From Patescibacteria group bacterium (GTDB taxonomy: Bacteria > Patescibacteriota > Minisyncoccia > RBG-13-40-8-A), in contig JAHJST010000005.1 of NCBI GenBank assembly GCA_018829905.1, positions 1 through 61,213 of the forward strand: a stretch of DNA of 61,213 nt, read 5' to 3'. Positions within the stretch are counted from its first letter, which is position 1, and each line of letters begins with the position of its first letter. The notes beneath the pieces are model-generated. The model was not told the origin of the DNA, ran no database searches, and worked only from the letters and a program-made list of their open reading frames with translations. Of the stretch, positions 35,932 to 46,775 are shown piece by piece. The position numbers and the translations under genes are program-made.

Positions 35932-37050
35932 TTATATCACAAAATCTAAAATCTGCTTAGCTCTATCATCCCAAGTATATTTTTGTACATCTAAATATGC
36001 TTGAGAAGATAATTTCTGAGCCAAGTTTCTATCCCCTAATACTTTATTAATCCCATCAGCTAAAGCTTTTTCATTATCTGATTCAACTAAAATAGAATTC
36101 TTATTATTTAAAACTTCTTTAAATGATTCCAAATCAGAAGCTACAATTGGTTTTTTAGAAGCCATATATTCAAACATTTTCATAGGAGAAGTATATTTTT
36201 TAGAAACAGTGGATCTTTTTGTTCCACATAAAACCAAACAATCAGAAGATTTTAAATAAAAAGGAATTAAAGAATAATCTTTATAACCTAAAACCAAAAC
36301 ATCTAATTTGTTTTTCTTAACAAATTTTTTAAAATTAGTTAAATACCATTTAATCCCTCCAACAATAACAACTAATCCATTAACATATTTAGAAGCTAAT
36401 GCTAATGTTTCTACTCCTTTCCAAGAATATAAGTGACCAGTGTATAAAACTAATTTTTTATCTAATGGTAAATTTAGTTTTTTTCTGCATTCTTGTTCTG
36501 ATTCTTTAATTTTAAAATCATCCAAATCAATTCCATCACTAGCTACTAATATTTTATTCTCTTTAATATTATTCTTAATTAAATCTTTTTTTAAACCTCT
36601 TGTAACAACAATAATCTTTTTAACTTTTTTTGCTATACTAATATCTAAATATCTATGAATTTTATGAATTTCAAAAATAATATTTTTTTTAAAAAACCCA
36701 ATAAAAAATAAACAAAATCTATCACGAGAATAAATTAAGTCTTTTTTTCTAAATAAAAGATAGATTGAAGAAAAAAAAGAGAAACTCAATGCTTGAATTA
36801 AAAAAGAAACAGGACCTAAAAATCTATTTAAAGGAGTTAAATCAAAACAAAAGATTTTTTTAATTTTAAATTTTTTATCTATTTTGTAATATTCAAAAGG
36901 ATCTCCTAAATTAGAAATTTTGAATCTTAAGGGAATGATTAATTCCAATTCAGCTCCATTTTTAATAAAGGCTTCACACATTTTCATTATTTGAAGTCCA
37001 TGAGCCATTTCTGTGGGCATTCTTGTATTTACTGTATAAAGTATTTTCAT
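35932..37050 (-). CDS. GT4-type glycosyltransferase
   Basis: C-terminal MKMFEYMASKKPIVASDL block and a two-Rossmann layout. Confidence 0.75.
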   Translation of the reverse strand: MKILYTVNTRMPTEMAHGLQIMKMCEAFIKNGAELELIIPLRFKISNLGDPFEYYKIDKKFKIKKIFCFDLTPLNRFLGPVSFLIQALSFSFFSSIYLLFRKKDLIYSRDRFCLFFIGFFKKNIIFEIHKIHRYLDISIAKKVKKIIVVTRGLKKDLIKNNIKENKILVASDGIDLDDFKIKESEQECRKKLNLPLDKKLVLYTGHLYSWKGVETLALASKYVNGLVVIVGGIKWYLTNFKKFVKKNKLDVLVLGYKDYSLIPFYLKSSDCLVLCGTKRSTVSKKYTSPMKMFEYMASKKPIVASDLESFKEVLNNKNSILVESDNEKALADGINKVLGDRNLAQKLSSQAYLDVQKYTWDDRAKQILDFVI

Positions 37051-38456
37051 TTTTTTAAATATTTAATTCCTGTTTTAGCAATATTTTTTAATTCTTTAAA
37101 AGATTTTACTTTTTTAAGCTTTTTAAATACCTTTTTAATTATATTACCACCTAATTCTCTAGCCATAAAAGCTTTTACTTTTTCTATTTCAGCTCCTTTC
37201 CATTCCATTAAGGGCAAAGAAGAATCTATTCCAGCTATTTTATATTTTTCACTTTTATATGGCTTATTCCAAGAAAAATCTTTAGGAATTATTCCTTTTT
37301 GTCTAGCTATTAATTCCATTTCTGTTCCTGGATAAGGAATAGAAAAACCATAAGAAGGATAAGAATTTTTAATTTTTTTCAATTCTTTTATTAAATCAGC
37401 AGTCATTTTTAAATCTTCTTCTGTCTCCTCTGGTAAATTAACCATAAAATTACTTACAACATGCATTCCAACATCAGAAGCCATTTGAACTGCATTTTTA
37501 GCTTGTTCAATTGTAATATTTTTCTTAATTACTTTTAAAATTTTAGGGCTACCAGACTCAATTCCAAAACTTATTCTTATACAACCAGCTTTGTGCATTA
37601 TTTCTAATAATTCTTTATCAACTGTATTTACTCTAGCACGAGCATACCAAATAATATCTAATTTTCTTTTTAAAACCTCATTACATATTTCAACTAAATG
37701 AGAACGAACCATTGTTATTGTATCATCCCAAAAATCAAACCCTTTATATCCATATTTGTTATTTAAAAACTCAACCTCATCTATAAAATTCTTAGGACTT
37801 CTTAATCTTAATCTTTTATTGGCATTAGCACAATAAATACAAACATTTGGACAACCCCTACCACTTAATACTCCAATAGCTTTAACATCTGTTCCGTCTA
37901 TTGGTTTATTATAAGCTTTTAAATCAAACAAGTGCCAAGCAGGCATTGGTAAAGAATCAAGATCTTCTATTAAATCTGCAGATTTATTAATTACAATTTC
38001 ATTGTTTTTCCTATAAGCCAAACTAGGAACATTTTCTAAATTACCATTATCCAATGCATTTAATAATTCAACAACTGGTTTTTCTCCTTCTCCTAGAATA
38101 ATATAGTCTATTTCTGGAATAATTTCTAAAGCTTCTTTTGCTGTTAAAGAAAAATGAGGACCACCAAATAAAACAACTACATCTTTTTTTCTTTTTTTCA
38201 ATTCTTTGGCTAAATCTATTGCTTTAAATCTATTGTCTGTTATTGAATGCACACCAACAATATCAGGATTTTTCTTTAAAATCTCCTCAGCTGCTTTAAC
38301 AGCAGTAAATCCATAAGTATGAGCATCAAAAATTTCTACTTCATGATTTGTATTTTTTTCTACATACGAAGCAATGTATCCAATACCAAGAAATGGCAAA
38401 CCTTTTCTTTCAATGTCGCCTTCTGCTCTTGGTGATGTTGTTAAAATTAATTTCAT
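37047..38456 (-). CDS. B12-binding-domain radical SAM protein (paralog 5)
   Basis: SGRGCPNVCIYC. N-terminal LPFLGIGYIASY...VLFGGPH module. 4-nt overlaps on both sides. Confidence 0.8.
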   Translation of the reverse strand: MKLILTTSPRAEGDIERKGLPFLGIGYIASYVEKNTNHEVEIFDAHTYGFTAVKAAEEILKKNPDIVGVHSITDNRFKAIDLAKELKKRKKDVVVLFGGPHFSLTAKEALEIIPEIDYIILGEGEKPVVELLNALDNGNLENVPSLAYRKNNEIVINKSADLIEDLDSLPMPAWHLFDLKAYNKPIDGTDVKAIGVLSGRGCPNVCIYCANANKRLRLRSPKNFIDEVEFLNNKYGYKGFDFWDDTITMVRSHLVEICNEVLKRKLDIIWYARARVNTVDKELLEIMHKAGCIRISFGIESGSPKILKVIKKNITIEQAKNAVQMASDVGMHVVSNFMVNLPEETEEDLKMTADLIKELKKIKNSYPSYGFSIPYPGTEMELIARQKGIIPKDFSWNKPYKSEKYKIAGIDSSLPLMEWKGAEIEKVKAFMARELGGNIIKKVFKKLKKVKSFKELKNIAKTGIKYLKK

Positions 38457-39520
38457 TTAAATAATTTAATAAATTTTTCAACTACATTTTCCATTCCATA
38501 CTCTTTAACCTTTTCTAATCCCTCTTCTTTAAATTTCTCATAAATCTCTTTATCATTTAAAAGAATCTCTATTTTATGCACAAACATATCAATATCTCCT
38601 GGCTTAACTAAAAATCTTTGACCAGTTTCTGGAGATATCTCTTTTACAGCGCCAACATCAAAAGAAACAAAAGGAATTCCCATAGCCATTGGCTCTAATA
38701 AAGACATTGGAAATCCTTCTTCCATAGAAGGAAGAATAAATAAATTAGCTTTTTCATAATATTCAACAATATCTTTGTTTGGAACAAAACCAATAAAATC
38801 AATATATTTCTTTAATTTATTTTCTTCAATTTCTTCTAATAAATTTTCTTTGTATGGACCATCTCCAATAACTAAAATTTTAAAATCTTTAATTAATGGT
38901 TTTAATTTTAAAGCTATTTGAGTAATCATATCAGCTCCTTTTCTTTTGGATAGCCAATGAACAAAAAGCAAAACATTTTTTTGCTTTTTAATTTCTCTAA
39001 ATTTAAATCTTTTTAAATTGATTCTATTTGGAATTACAAGAATTTTTTCTTTTTTCAATTTATAGTGTTTAGAATATCCTTGTTTCATAATTTCTCCTCC
39101 AGTAACTAAATAATGAGATAATTTTAAACTTAAATTAATTCCTAATTTAGAAAGAAATTTTGGTTTAAATAACCAATTCATTGCGCAATTCCAATAATAT
39201 GATTTACCACCAAATAATCTAGTAATAATTCCCGCATTAATTGCAGAAATATATCCATAATGAGTATAAAATGATTTATATCCTTTTGATCTAACTTTTA
39301 AAAGAATAAAAAAGTTTTCTAAAAATCTAAAAGGAATAAATTTAAATTTTTGAATATATGATTCTTTCCCAATATTAATTCCTTTTCCTTTTTCAGCAAT
39401 AATAAATAAATCTATTTTTTCAGATAAATTTTCTAAAAATTCATACAAATGATAAAAATGAGAAATATTATTTTTATCGTAATCAGGAATTATGTAACAA
39501 AGTTTTATATGTTTTTGCAT
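38453..39520 (-). CDS. GT4-type glycosyltransferase
   Basis: EGFPMSLLEPMAMGIPFVSFDVG. Confidence 0.75.
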   Translation of the reverse strand: MQKHIKLCYIIPDYDKNNISHFYHLYEFLENLSEKIDLFIIAEKGKGINIGKESYIQKFKFIPFRFLENFFILLKVRSKGYKSFYTHYGYISAINAGIITRLFGGKSYYWNCAMNWLFKPKFLSKLGINLSLKLSHYLVTGGEIMKQGYSKHYKLKKEKILVIPNRINLKRFKFREIKKQKNVLLFVHWLSKRKGADMITQIALKLKPLIKDFKILVIGDGPYKENLLEEIEENKLKKYIDFIGFVPNKDIVEYYEKANLFILPSMEEGFPMSLLEPMAMGIPFVSFDVGAVKEISPETGQRFLVKPGDIDMFVHKIEILLNDKEIYEKFKEEGLEKVKEYGMENVVEKFIKLFK

Positions 39521-40574
39521 AATTTTCTATTGCTTTTTTTCTTTCAAATTGCTGAACAGTTTTAAAGCCATTTTCAGCAATTTTTTCTCTTAATGAATTG
39601 TTATTTAATAATATGTCAATTTTTTCTCTAATATCTTTAACATTCCAATCAATAAACAATCCATTTTCTTGATCTTTGATAATGTCTAACATTATTCCTA
39701 CTTTAGAAGTAATAACTGGAATTTTACAAGCCATTGCTTCTAAAGTAACTCTTGGACCACCTTCATTAAATGAACACATAATTAATGCTTTAGATTGATT
39801 ATATATTCTAGCTAAATCCTCTGCTGTATCAACCCAACCAATAAAATCTATATTTTTATTTCCCTTAATATATTTTTTAATTTTGTCTTCTAATGGCCCA
39901 GAACCAATTATTGCTAATTTAATATTTAATTTCTTAACAGCTTTTAATAAAAGAAATATTCCTTTATTTTTAACTAATCTACCAGAAAAAACTAAATCAT
40001 ATTTTTTTTCTAAATCCATTGGTTTAAAAATGTTAAAGTCAATATAAAAAGCAGGAATATATTTTAATTTATTTTTATCAAGACCAGATTTAATTAAAAA
40101 CTCAGGAACTTGTTTTTTATTAACAACTCTTATAACTTTAGCATGTTTAGCAAAATGATTAATAAAGATTCTAGTAATAGGTTTATATATCCCCTCCTTA
40201 AATCCAGAAGCTCTTGGATAACCATTTATATGCATTACTTCTAAAACATATGGAACTTTGGTTTTTTTAAATAATTTTAAGCCGCCTAAGTCGTTATAAA
40301 AAGGAGGATAAGAATGAATTGTAAATAAATCAAATTTTTGTTCTTTATAAATCTCTATTCCCTTTTTTAAAATAAAAGATGGTTGTTTAAACAAACTAGT
40401 ATCAGAACAATGAATAAAAACATTATTATGTATTTTTTTAATTTTTTGATCTGTTTTAGGACAAAGAATATCTATTTGATCCCAATGTTTAGAAAATTCT
40501 TCAAGCATATAAAAGAATGGTCCCTTTTTACCTTGAGCCAATGCCCTATCTCCGGTTATCATTAAAAGCTTCAT
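39483..40574 (-). CDS. GT4-type glycosyltransferase
   Basis: EGGPRVTLEAMACKIPVITSKVG. Confidence 0.75.
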   Translation of the reverse strand: MKLLMITGDRALAQGKKGPFFYMLEEFSKHWDQIDILCPKTDQKIKKIHNNVFIHCSDTSLFKQPSFILKKGIEIYKEQKFDLFTIHSYPPFYNDLGGLKLFKKTKVPYVLEVMHINGYPRASGFKEGIYKPITRIFINHFAKHAKVIRVVNKKQVPEFLIKSGLDKNKLKYIPAFYIDFNIFKPMDLEKKYDLVFSGRLVKNKGIFLLLKAVKKLNIKLAIIGSGPLEDKIKKYIKGNKNIDFIGWVDTAEDLARIYNQSKALIMCSFNEGGPRVTLEAMACKIPVITSKVGIMLDIIKDQENGLFIDWNVKDIREKIDILLNNNSLREKIAENGFKTVQQFERKKAIENYAKTYKTLLHNS

Positions 40575-41449
40575 TTTTTAATCATTTTATTAATTCCTTT
40601 ATAAACACTTACTTTTGGTTCCCACCCAGTTAAATTTTTAAATTTATTAATATTAGCCTGATAATACACAACTTCTCCTAAATGACTTTTTTTAACCTCA
40701 ATCTTGCTCTTAGATTTTAATTGTTTTTTAATATATCTGGCTATATCAATTAATTTTGTACTTTTTGCACATGCAATATTATATATAGGAATATCTTGTT
40801 TTGATAAAATTTCAAATTTATTAACAACTATTTCTATTGCATCAACACAATCATCTATATGGGTAAAATCCATTTGTTTTTCTTTTCCAAAAATACAAAC
40901 TTTTTTATCTTTTGGAATATTATCAAATAAAATTGGAATAAATCTATAATTAGGATCATTTAATCCAAAAACATTAGACAATCTAAGAATTACATATTTT
41001 ATTCCATAACAAATTTTATAAGCAGAAAGAAGTGATTCCATATTTACTTTTCCAGCAGAATAAGGGGTTCCAGTAAACCATGTTTTAGAATCAGTTTCTT
41101 TATAGTTTTTTATTGCTTGATTCCCATATACCTCTCTAGAAGAAGAAAATACTATTTTTTTAATATTATTCTTTCTAGCAAATTCTAATATATTACAATC
41201 TATCTCTATATTTTCTCTTGCAAGGCCTGGATCTTTTACTGAATCTCTTACTTGCGCATTTGCAGCCAAATGAATAATCATATCTATTTTTTTCTTAGCA
41301 AGTCCGCTAAAAAAAGAATTGTTAATATTACGAAGATCTTGTAATTTCCCATTTTTTTTATCAACTCCTATTATTTTATGTTTTTTACTTAGTCTTGAGG
41401 ATAAATAAGATCCAACAAACCCTTTTACTCCTGTAATTAAAATAGTCAT
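40571..41449 (-). CDS. NAD-dependent sugar epimerase/dehydratase (extended SDR)
   Basis: ILITGVKGFVGSYL (GXXGXXG) and YSAGK (YXXXK). Confidence 0.8.
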   Translation of the reverse strand: MTILITGVKGFVGSYLSSRLSKKHKIIGVDKKNGKLQDLRNINNSFFSGLAKKKIDMIIHLAANAQVRDSVKDPGLARENIEIDCNILEFARKNNIKKIVFSSSREVYGNQAIKNYKETDSKTWFTGTPYSAGKVNMESLLSAYKICYGIKYVILRLSNVFGLNDPNYRFIPILFDNIPKDKKVCIFGKEKQMDFTHIDDCVDAIEIVVNKFEILSKQDIPIYNIACAKSTKLIDIARYIKKQLKSKSKIEVKKSHLGEVVYYQANINKFKNLTGWEPKVSVYKGINKMIKK

Positions 41450-42522
41450 ATATTTTTTAATTTTTCTAAAGTATTATTAATCATTTTATCTAAAGAAAAA
41501 TTCTTTAATTTTTCTTTACCATTTTTAATAAATTTATTTCTTAATTCTTTGTCTTTATACAATTTCAAAATAGCTTCTTTAAAATCCTCCTTATTATTAT
41601 ACTCAACCAAAATTCCATTAACATTATTTTCAATAACTTCTGGATTGCCACAAACATTAGTAGTTATTACTGGCAATCCCATTGCCAAACACTCTAAAAG
41701 AATATGAGATAATCCTTCATATCCAGTATTTAAAACAAAAGCAAATCCTGATTTAAAATATCCCATTAATTCCTCATGAGGAACTCGATCAATTAATTCA
41801 ATATTTTTCCCTTTAATTTTATCAGATAAAGAACCACGACCAATAACTAATAATTTAAAATTTGCATTTTCTTTTAACAAATCAGGAAAAATATCTACTA
41901 ATAGATCCATTCCCTTCCATGGCTCTAATCTACCAGCAGAAATAATTACATCTCCATCTAGTTTTTTTTCTTTTACATCATTTCCAACAAATGCATTATA
42001 AACAACGTTAATATTTTTTGCTCCCCATGTAGAAACAATTTTTTTTAAATAATTACTAGGAACAATAACAGAATCAGCGTAATTAACAACTTTTTTCTGA
42101 ATCTTTCTTATTCTTTCAACCCCATAACAATATTTTCTTTCTTGAAAAGCATCTATTGAATCGTTAACATTAAATTGATTTCTTGCTTGCTCCCAAGCAT
42201 AATCACCTACAATTTTAATAACTAATCTTTTATTAAGTATTTTACTAACCCACATTGCTGGCAAACCAGCTGATAATGGGCCTTGTGCATAAATTACATC
42301 ACAATTTCTAGCTAAATACAAAAGTTTTAAAAAGTATTTAAAATATCTACTTAACTTATTTTTCCTTAATATCCTATTAACATCATTATCTTTTTTATCA
42401 GAATAACAAATCAAAGAAACATCATGTTCTTTTTTCTTAAATTCTTGTAAAATTAATTTAGAATATGTTGCTGGACCACCAATATCTGGTGGATATATTC
42501 CACTAGCTATTACAATTTTCAT
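41446..42522 (-). CDS. GT4-type glycosyltransferase
   Basis: EGLSHILLECLAMGLPVITTNVCG. Confidence 0.8.
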   Translation of the reverse strand: MKIVIASGIYPPDIGGPATYSKLILQEFKKKEHDVSLICYSDKKDNDVNRILRKNKLSRYFKYFLKLLYLARNCDVIYAQGPLSAGLPAMWVSKILNKRLVIKIVGDYAWEQARNQFNVNDSIDAFQERKYCYGVERIRKIQKKVVNYADSVIVPSNYLKKIVSTWGAKNINVVYNAFVGNDVKEKKLDGDVIISAGRLEPWKGMDLLVDIFPDLLKENANFKLLVIGRGSLSDKIKGKNIELIDRVPHEELMGYFKSGFAFVLNTGYEGLSHILLECLAMGLPVITTNVCGNPEVIENNVNGILVEYNNKEDFKEAILKLYKDKELRNKFIKNGKEKLKNFSLDKMINNTLEKLKNI

Positions 42523-43639
42523 ATAACTTAAATATTTTTTTACTTATTTTATCCCAATCATATATTTCATCTACCATTTTTTTACCATTTTTAATTAATT
42601 TTTCTTTTAATTCCTTATCTTTTAAAAGATTAATTTTTTCAGCTATGTCTTTAGGATTTCCTGGCTCACAAAACAATCCATTTTCCATGTGTTTAAGAAA
42701 ATCAGGAATGCCACCTACTGGGGTTCCAATAACAGGAACATTAACAGCCATTGCCTCTAAAAAAACAATTCCAAATCCTTCTGCCAAAGAAGGACGAACA
42801 AAAATATCAGCCAAAGCAACATATTTAGGAATTTCCGCATAAACCATATCTCCTAATAAAAATACTTTTTTTTCTAATTTAAAATCTTTAATCATTTTTT
42901 CTAGCTTTTCTTTTTCAGATCCACTCCCAATTATTATTATTTTAAAATCTCCTTTTAAATGTTTTGCTGCTTCAATTAAATCATGAGTTCCGTTTTTATA
43001 CTCTAATCTAGAAACACAACAAATTAAATTATCAGTATCAAATCCTAATTTCTTTCTATTCTCCTTTTTATTTAAATCAGGTTTAAAATCTTTAGAAACA
43101 CCATTTGGAATAACAATTGTTTTTTTAATAAATCTTTTTAAATGTTTTTCTAAATGATTGGAAACAGCATGACCATAAACAGCATTTTTAAATATTGCTT
43201 TTTCAAATTTACAATAAATATATTTAATAATATTGATATTAAGTCTTGGATGGTATACACTAAAATCAGCAGACTGAATAGTAATAATATATGGTTTTTT
43301 AGTGAATTTAAAAAGAAAATATGCAATAATTCCACTTAGAAATCCTTGAGCATGTATTAAATCTATTTTTTTCATTAATCTTAAGGATTTAAAGAATATC
43401 CAAATCATTGATCCGAATATGAACCAAGGCTTGCTATATGATAGATCTTTAAGCTTAAACGGAGATGTTCTAAATATTGTTAATCTATCTTTTTTCTCTT
43501 TATTTTTAACTCCAACCACTCTGCTTGTAATTAAAAACACATCCTCGGTTTTACCGATTCTCTCTGCTATGCTTTGAGAAAAAACCTCAAAGCCACCGAT
43601 AACAGGCGGATAATGTAAAACTGGCATTAATATTTTCAT
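42503..43639 (-). CDS. GT4-type glycosyltransferase
   Basis: EGFGIVFLEAMAVNVPVIGTPVGG. Confidence 0.8.
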   Translation of the reverse strand: MKILMPVLHYPPVIGGFEVFSQSIAERIGKTEDVFLITSRVVGVKNKEKKDRLTIFRTSPFKLKDLSYSKPWFIFGSMIWIFFKSLRLMKKIDLIHAQGFLSGIIAYFLFKFTKKPYIITIQSADFSVYHPRLNINIIKYIYCKFEKAIFKNAVYGHAVSNHLEKHLKRFIKKTIVIPNGVSKDFKPDLNKKENRKKLGFDTDNLICCVSRLEYKNGTHDLIEAAKHLKGDFKIIIIGSGSEKEKLEKMIKDFKLEKKVFLLGDMVYAEIPKYVALADIFVRPSLAEGFGIVFLEAMAVNVPVIGTPVGGIPDFLKHMENGLFCEPGNPKDIAEKINLLKDKELKEKLIKNGKKMVDEIYDWDKISKKIFKLYENCNS

Positions 43640-44654
43640 GTATTTTACTCACCCACAATTTAATAAAATATTTTTTCCTAAAGCTAATGGATTAAAAAAT
43701 AAGTTAGCTAAATTTTTTCCTAATAAATATATAGTTTTTACTGATTCTGGAAGATCAGCTTTTCAATTGGCAGTAAAAAGTTTAAATCTAGAAAATACAG
43801 AAATGATTGTTCCAGCATATATTTGCGATATTTTTCAACCAATATTTGATGATTTAAATATTAAACCAAATTATGTTGATATTTCTTTAGATGATTTTAA
43901 TATGGATTTAAAGGAAGAAAACATTACAGAAAATACAAAATCAATTCTTGTTTGTCATACATATGGATATCCTAATGATATGGAAAAAATACAGAAATTA
44001 GCTGATAAATACAATTTAAAGATAATTGAAGATTGCGCTAGAAGCTTTGGAATAAAATTTAAAGATCAATATTTAGGAAATTTTTCAGATTGTTCTATCT
44101 TTAGCTTACCAAAATTTATACCAACAACAAACACTGGAATGCTTATTTCAAAAAAACCAATAAAAGCAGAATTAAATAAAAACAAGACAAAAATCAAAAC
44201 AATAATTAAATTTATTCGTTTATTCCCTGCTTTAGCAATAATCACAGAAAAATTTAGAATAAATAATATAAAAACAAATAAATTAACTCATCCTAAAAAA
44301 CCATCAAAACAATCATTAAAAATATTTAATTGGTATTTAAAAGATTTTGAAAAAACAATAGAAAAAAGAAAACAATTAGCAGAATATTTTAAAAAAGAAT
44401 TAGAAAAATTAAATATTAAAGCATGTAAAGGAATAACATATATATCTGCATTAATGGAAAATAGAGATAAAATATTTAATGAATTAAGAAAAAAGAATAT
44501 TTATTGTTCAAAAACATGGCATAATCCAATAAACACAGAAAAACCAAATTCTAAAAAAGCATCAGAACAAATTATTAATTTTCCTTTACAAGATTATTAC
44601 GAGAAAAAAGACATAGATAAAATAATCAAAGAATTACAATCTATACTTAATTAG
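43638..44654 (+). CDS. DegT/DnrJ/EryC1-type PLP-dependent aminotransferase-like protein
   Basis: VFTDSGRSAFQLAVKSL, IIEDCARSFG and SIFSLPKFI (candidate PLP lysine). Confidence 0.6.
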   Translation: MYFTHPQFNKIFFPKANGLKNKLAKFFPNKYIVFTDSGRSAFQLAVKSLNLENTEMIVPAYICDIFQPIFDDLNIKPNYVDISLDDFNMDLKEENITENTKSILVCHTYGYPNDMEKIQKLADKYNLKIIEDCARSFGIKFKDQYLGNFSDCSIFSLPKFIPTTNTGMLISKKPIKAELNKNKTKIKTIIKFIRLFPALAIITEKFRINNIKTNKLTHPKKPSKQSLKIFNWYLKDFEKTIEKRKQLAEYFKKELEKLNIKACKGITYISALMENRDKIFNELRKKNIYCSKTWHNPINTEKPNSKKASEQIINFPLQDYYEKKDIDKIIKELQSILN

Positions 44655-45572
44655 TTTTTTTGAAATATTTTTAATAACAAAATTAGGCAATAATGCATAA
44701 ATATTTCTTAAGCCAGAAGAACGAAGTTTTTCCTGGCTTCTTTTTATACCTAATTGTACAATTGCATATTCTTTTCCTCTCCATCCCCTTTTAAATGTTT
44801 CTAAAGCAGATCCTTTGGGAGCAGCTCCAAAATCAAAAACAATATCTTTTCCAATTAAAGATTTAATTTTTCCCCAAAGGATTAAATAACTAGCTCCTAG
44901 CTTTTTATATCTAAAATCTGATGCTGAGAAAAAATAATGAACAAAGCCATGATATTCTAAGAATAAATCTCCAGATATAATTTTACCTTTATAATAAGCT
45001 AATAATATATCTGATTTATCAAAAAGAAATTTAAAAATAGAAAAAGGATAAGGAATTGTTTTTTTTCTTTTAAGATTTTTTAAATATAGATTATAAAATT
45101 GCTTTAATTCTTTTAAATTAGAGCATTTTTTAATTTTAATATCCTTATTTGCGTTTTGAATAGAGTGCTTTAATGTTTTTCTGAAAGAATTAAATAATTC
45201 TTTTTCTGATTTATCTCCCAAATAAAGAAAATGAGTTGAAACATCAGATTCTTTTTTGTAAAAAACTCCAGGATGAAACTTAATTTTAAAATTTTTAAAT
45301 TCAGAAATACTTTTTTCAAAATCATTAAAATCTATTTCTCCATTAACAATTAATGGCCCACCATATTCAGAAAAAGGTAAAGAAATTAATTTATTTCCAA
45401 TTTTACCAAAAACTAAAACAAGATTTTTATATAAATAATATTCAAATTCTAACCAAGAAAATTCTTTTTCTAAAAAATTTAACCATTCTAAAGAATGAAA
45501 AAATGTTTTAAATTTAATTTTCTCTAATAACTCCTTATATTCCTCTTTATCTATTTTTTGAAAATTCTTCAT
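44634..45572 (-). CDS. FemAB-family / Acetyltransf_6-type transferase
   Basis: FFHSLEWLNFLEKEF near the N-terminus; YFFSASDFRYKKLGASYLILWGKIK and FDFGAAPKGSALETFKRGW resemble the FemX/FemAB C-terminal blocks. Confidence 0.55.
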   Translation of the reverse strand: MKNFQKIDKEEYKELLEKIKFKTFFHSLEWLNFLEKEFSWLEFEYYLYKNLVLVFGKIGNKLISLPFSEYGGPLIVNGEIDFNDFEKSISEFKNFKIKFHPGVFYKKESDVSTHFLYLGDKSEKELFNSFRKTLKHSIQNANKDIKIKKCSNLKELKQFYNLYLKNLKRKKTIPYPFSIFKFLFDKSDILLAYYKGKIISGDLFLEYHGFVHYFFSASDFRYKKLGASYLILWGKIKSLIGKDIVFDFGAAPKGSALETFKRGWRGKEYAIVQLGIKRSQEKLRSSGLRNIYALLPNFVIKNISKKLIKYRL

Positions 45573-46356
45573 AAATCTGTTTACCAGTTTTAAACGTATA
45601 TCCTTTTTTTAATAAAAGCTTAATCATTTGATCTAATTGATTTAAATAATATTTACCTGAATTAATACATGACTTACCTTCAAATTCAACACCATCCCAA
45701 GAATGCATATTAAAACTAATATATCTTGGTCTTAAGAAAAAGAAAATTAATTTATAAACCCAAACACCCCATTTTCTTATCCAAGTAGCAACCACAGGAA
45801 GATTTAAAACAGGAAGACCAAAAAATGTAATTGGAGATTCTGGTATTTCTAAAATATCTAATTTTCCTTTTTTTAAATAATTTTTCTTACTTGGATAATA
45901 AGGTAAAATAGGAGCTCTGCCTTTATAACCATCATACCTACGAATAGGCCAAGGATAACGAGAAAACACAGAAGAATCATATTTAAATGAATAAGCTTTT
46001 AATAGAGGGAATTGTTCGTTATCTATAACGTTTCTAGGCGCTCTAAAGCCATTGGGACGAGCTTTTAACACGTTTTCGTATAAAACCACGAAATCTTTTA
46101 ATTGCTTCTCTCTAGAAGCTATTTCAATAGAATCAAGCATTTTGTGATTATAATTATGACAAGCTATTTCAAAGTTTTCAGACCACCTTTTTACTAAATC
46201 AGGATATTTTTCTAAAACCTCTCCAGTAACAAAAAGTGTAGCATTAACATTATGCTTTTTAAAAATATTTAGAAGATTATAAAGGTTTTCTACGCCTTCA
46301 AAAGATTTATCTTCTTGTCTTTTTTCAACATCAATTGATAGAAAGCAAGTCTTCAT
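45547..46356 (-). CDS. polysaccharide deacetylase (CE4/NodB-like)
   Basis: FLSIDVE, ATLFVTGEV, EIACHNYNH. Confidence 0.7.
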   Translation of the reverse strand: MKTCFLSIDVEKRQEDKSFEGVENLYNLLNIFKKHNVNATLFVTGEVLEKYPDLVKRWSENFEIACHNYNHKMLDSIEIASREKQLKDFVVLYENVLKARPNGFRAPRNVIDNEQFPLLKAYSFKYDSSVFSRYPWPIRRYDGYKGRAPILPYYPSKKNYLKKGKLDILEIPESPITFFGLPVLNLPVVATWIRKWGVWVYKLIFFFLRPRYISFNMHSWDGVEFEGKSCINSGKYYLNQLDQMIKLLLKKGYTFKTGKQIYEEFSKNR

Positions 46357-46357
46357 A

Positions 46358-46386
46358 TTGACAAAATTAATTAGATTGATTAATAT
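46358..46386 (+). promoter_or_regulatory. consensus-like sigma70 promoter of the 118-aa gene
   Basis: TTGACA (46358-46363), N17, TAATAT (46381-46386), then AAGGAGGG (46396-46403) 5 nt before the ATG at 46409. Confidence 0.6.
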
Positions 46387-46408
46387 TTAATAATAAAGGA
46401 GGGTTCAA

Positions 46409-46765
46409 ATGAATGAAAAAGAATTGTTTATAAAAATTGCTGAACAAATTGAAGCAAAGGCTGATGAATTAACATGGATAGATTCTTCTAATGCAACGGC
46501 AGAACATGATGTTCAAGTTTTTATTACTATAATCGATAAAAATATAGTATCTATTGCTAGATTTCCAAACAAAATAAAATATGTTTGTGCCATAAGGATT
46601 GCAAGGTGTAAAAATGTATTTGATTTAATCGCAGAAGAAAAAGATCCATATTTAAAAACGTTTGAAAAAGCATTTTTTGCAGCTTATAATTCTTTTTGGA
46701 AAAAGGGAGAGAAAATGAATTCTAATTTTGTACTTAAGGAAGTTTTAAAAATTCTCAATTCTTAA
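46409..46765 (+). CDS. hypothetical soluble protein (118 aa)
   Basis: Strong promoter, SD and terminator. No motif recognised. Confidence 0.6.
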   Translation: MNEKELFIKIAEQIEAKADELTWIDSSNATAEHDVQVFITIIDKNIVSIARFPNKIKYVCAIRIARCKNVFDLIAEEKDPYLKTFEKAFFAAYNSFWKKGEKMNSNFVLKEVLKILNS

Positions 46766-46775
46766 AGACTAATCC

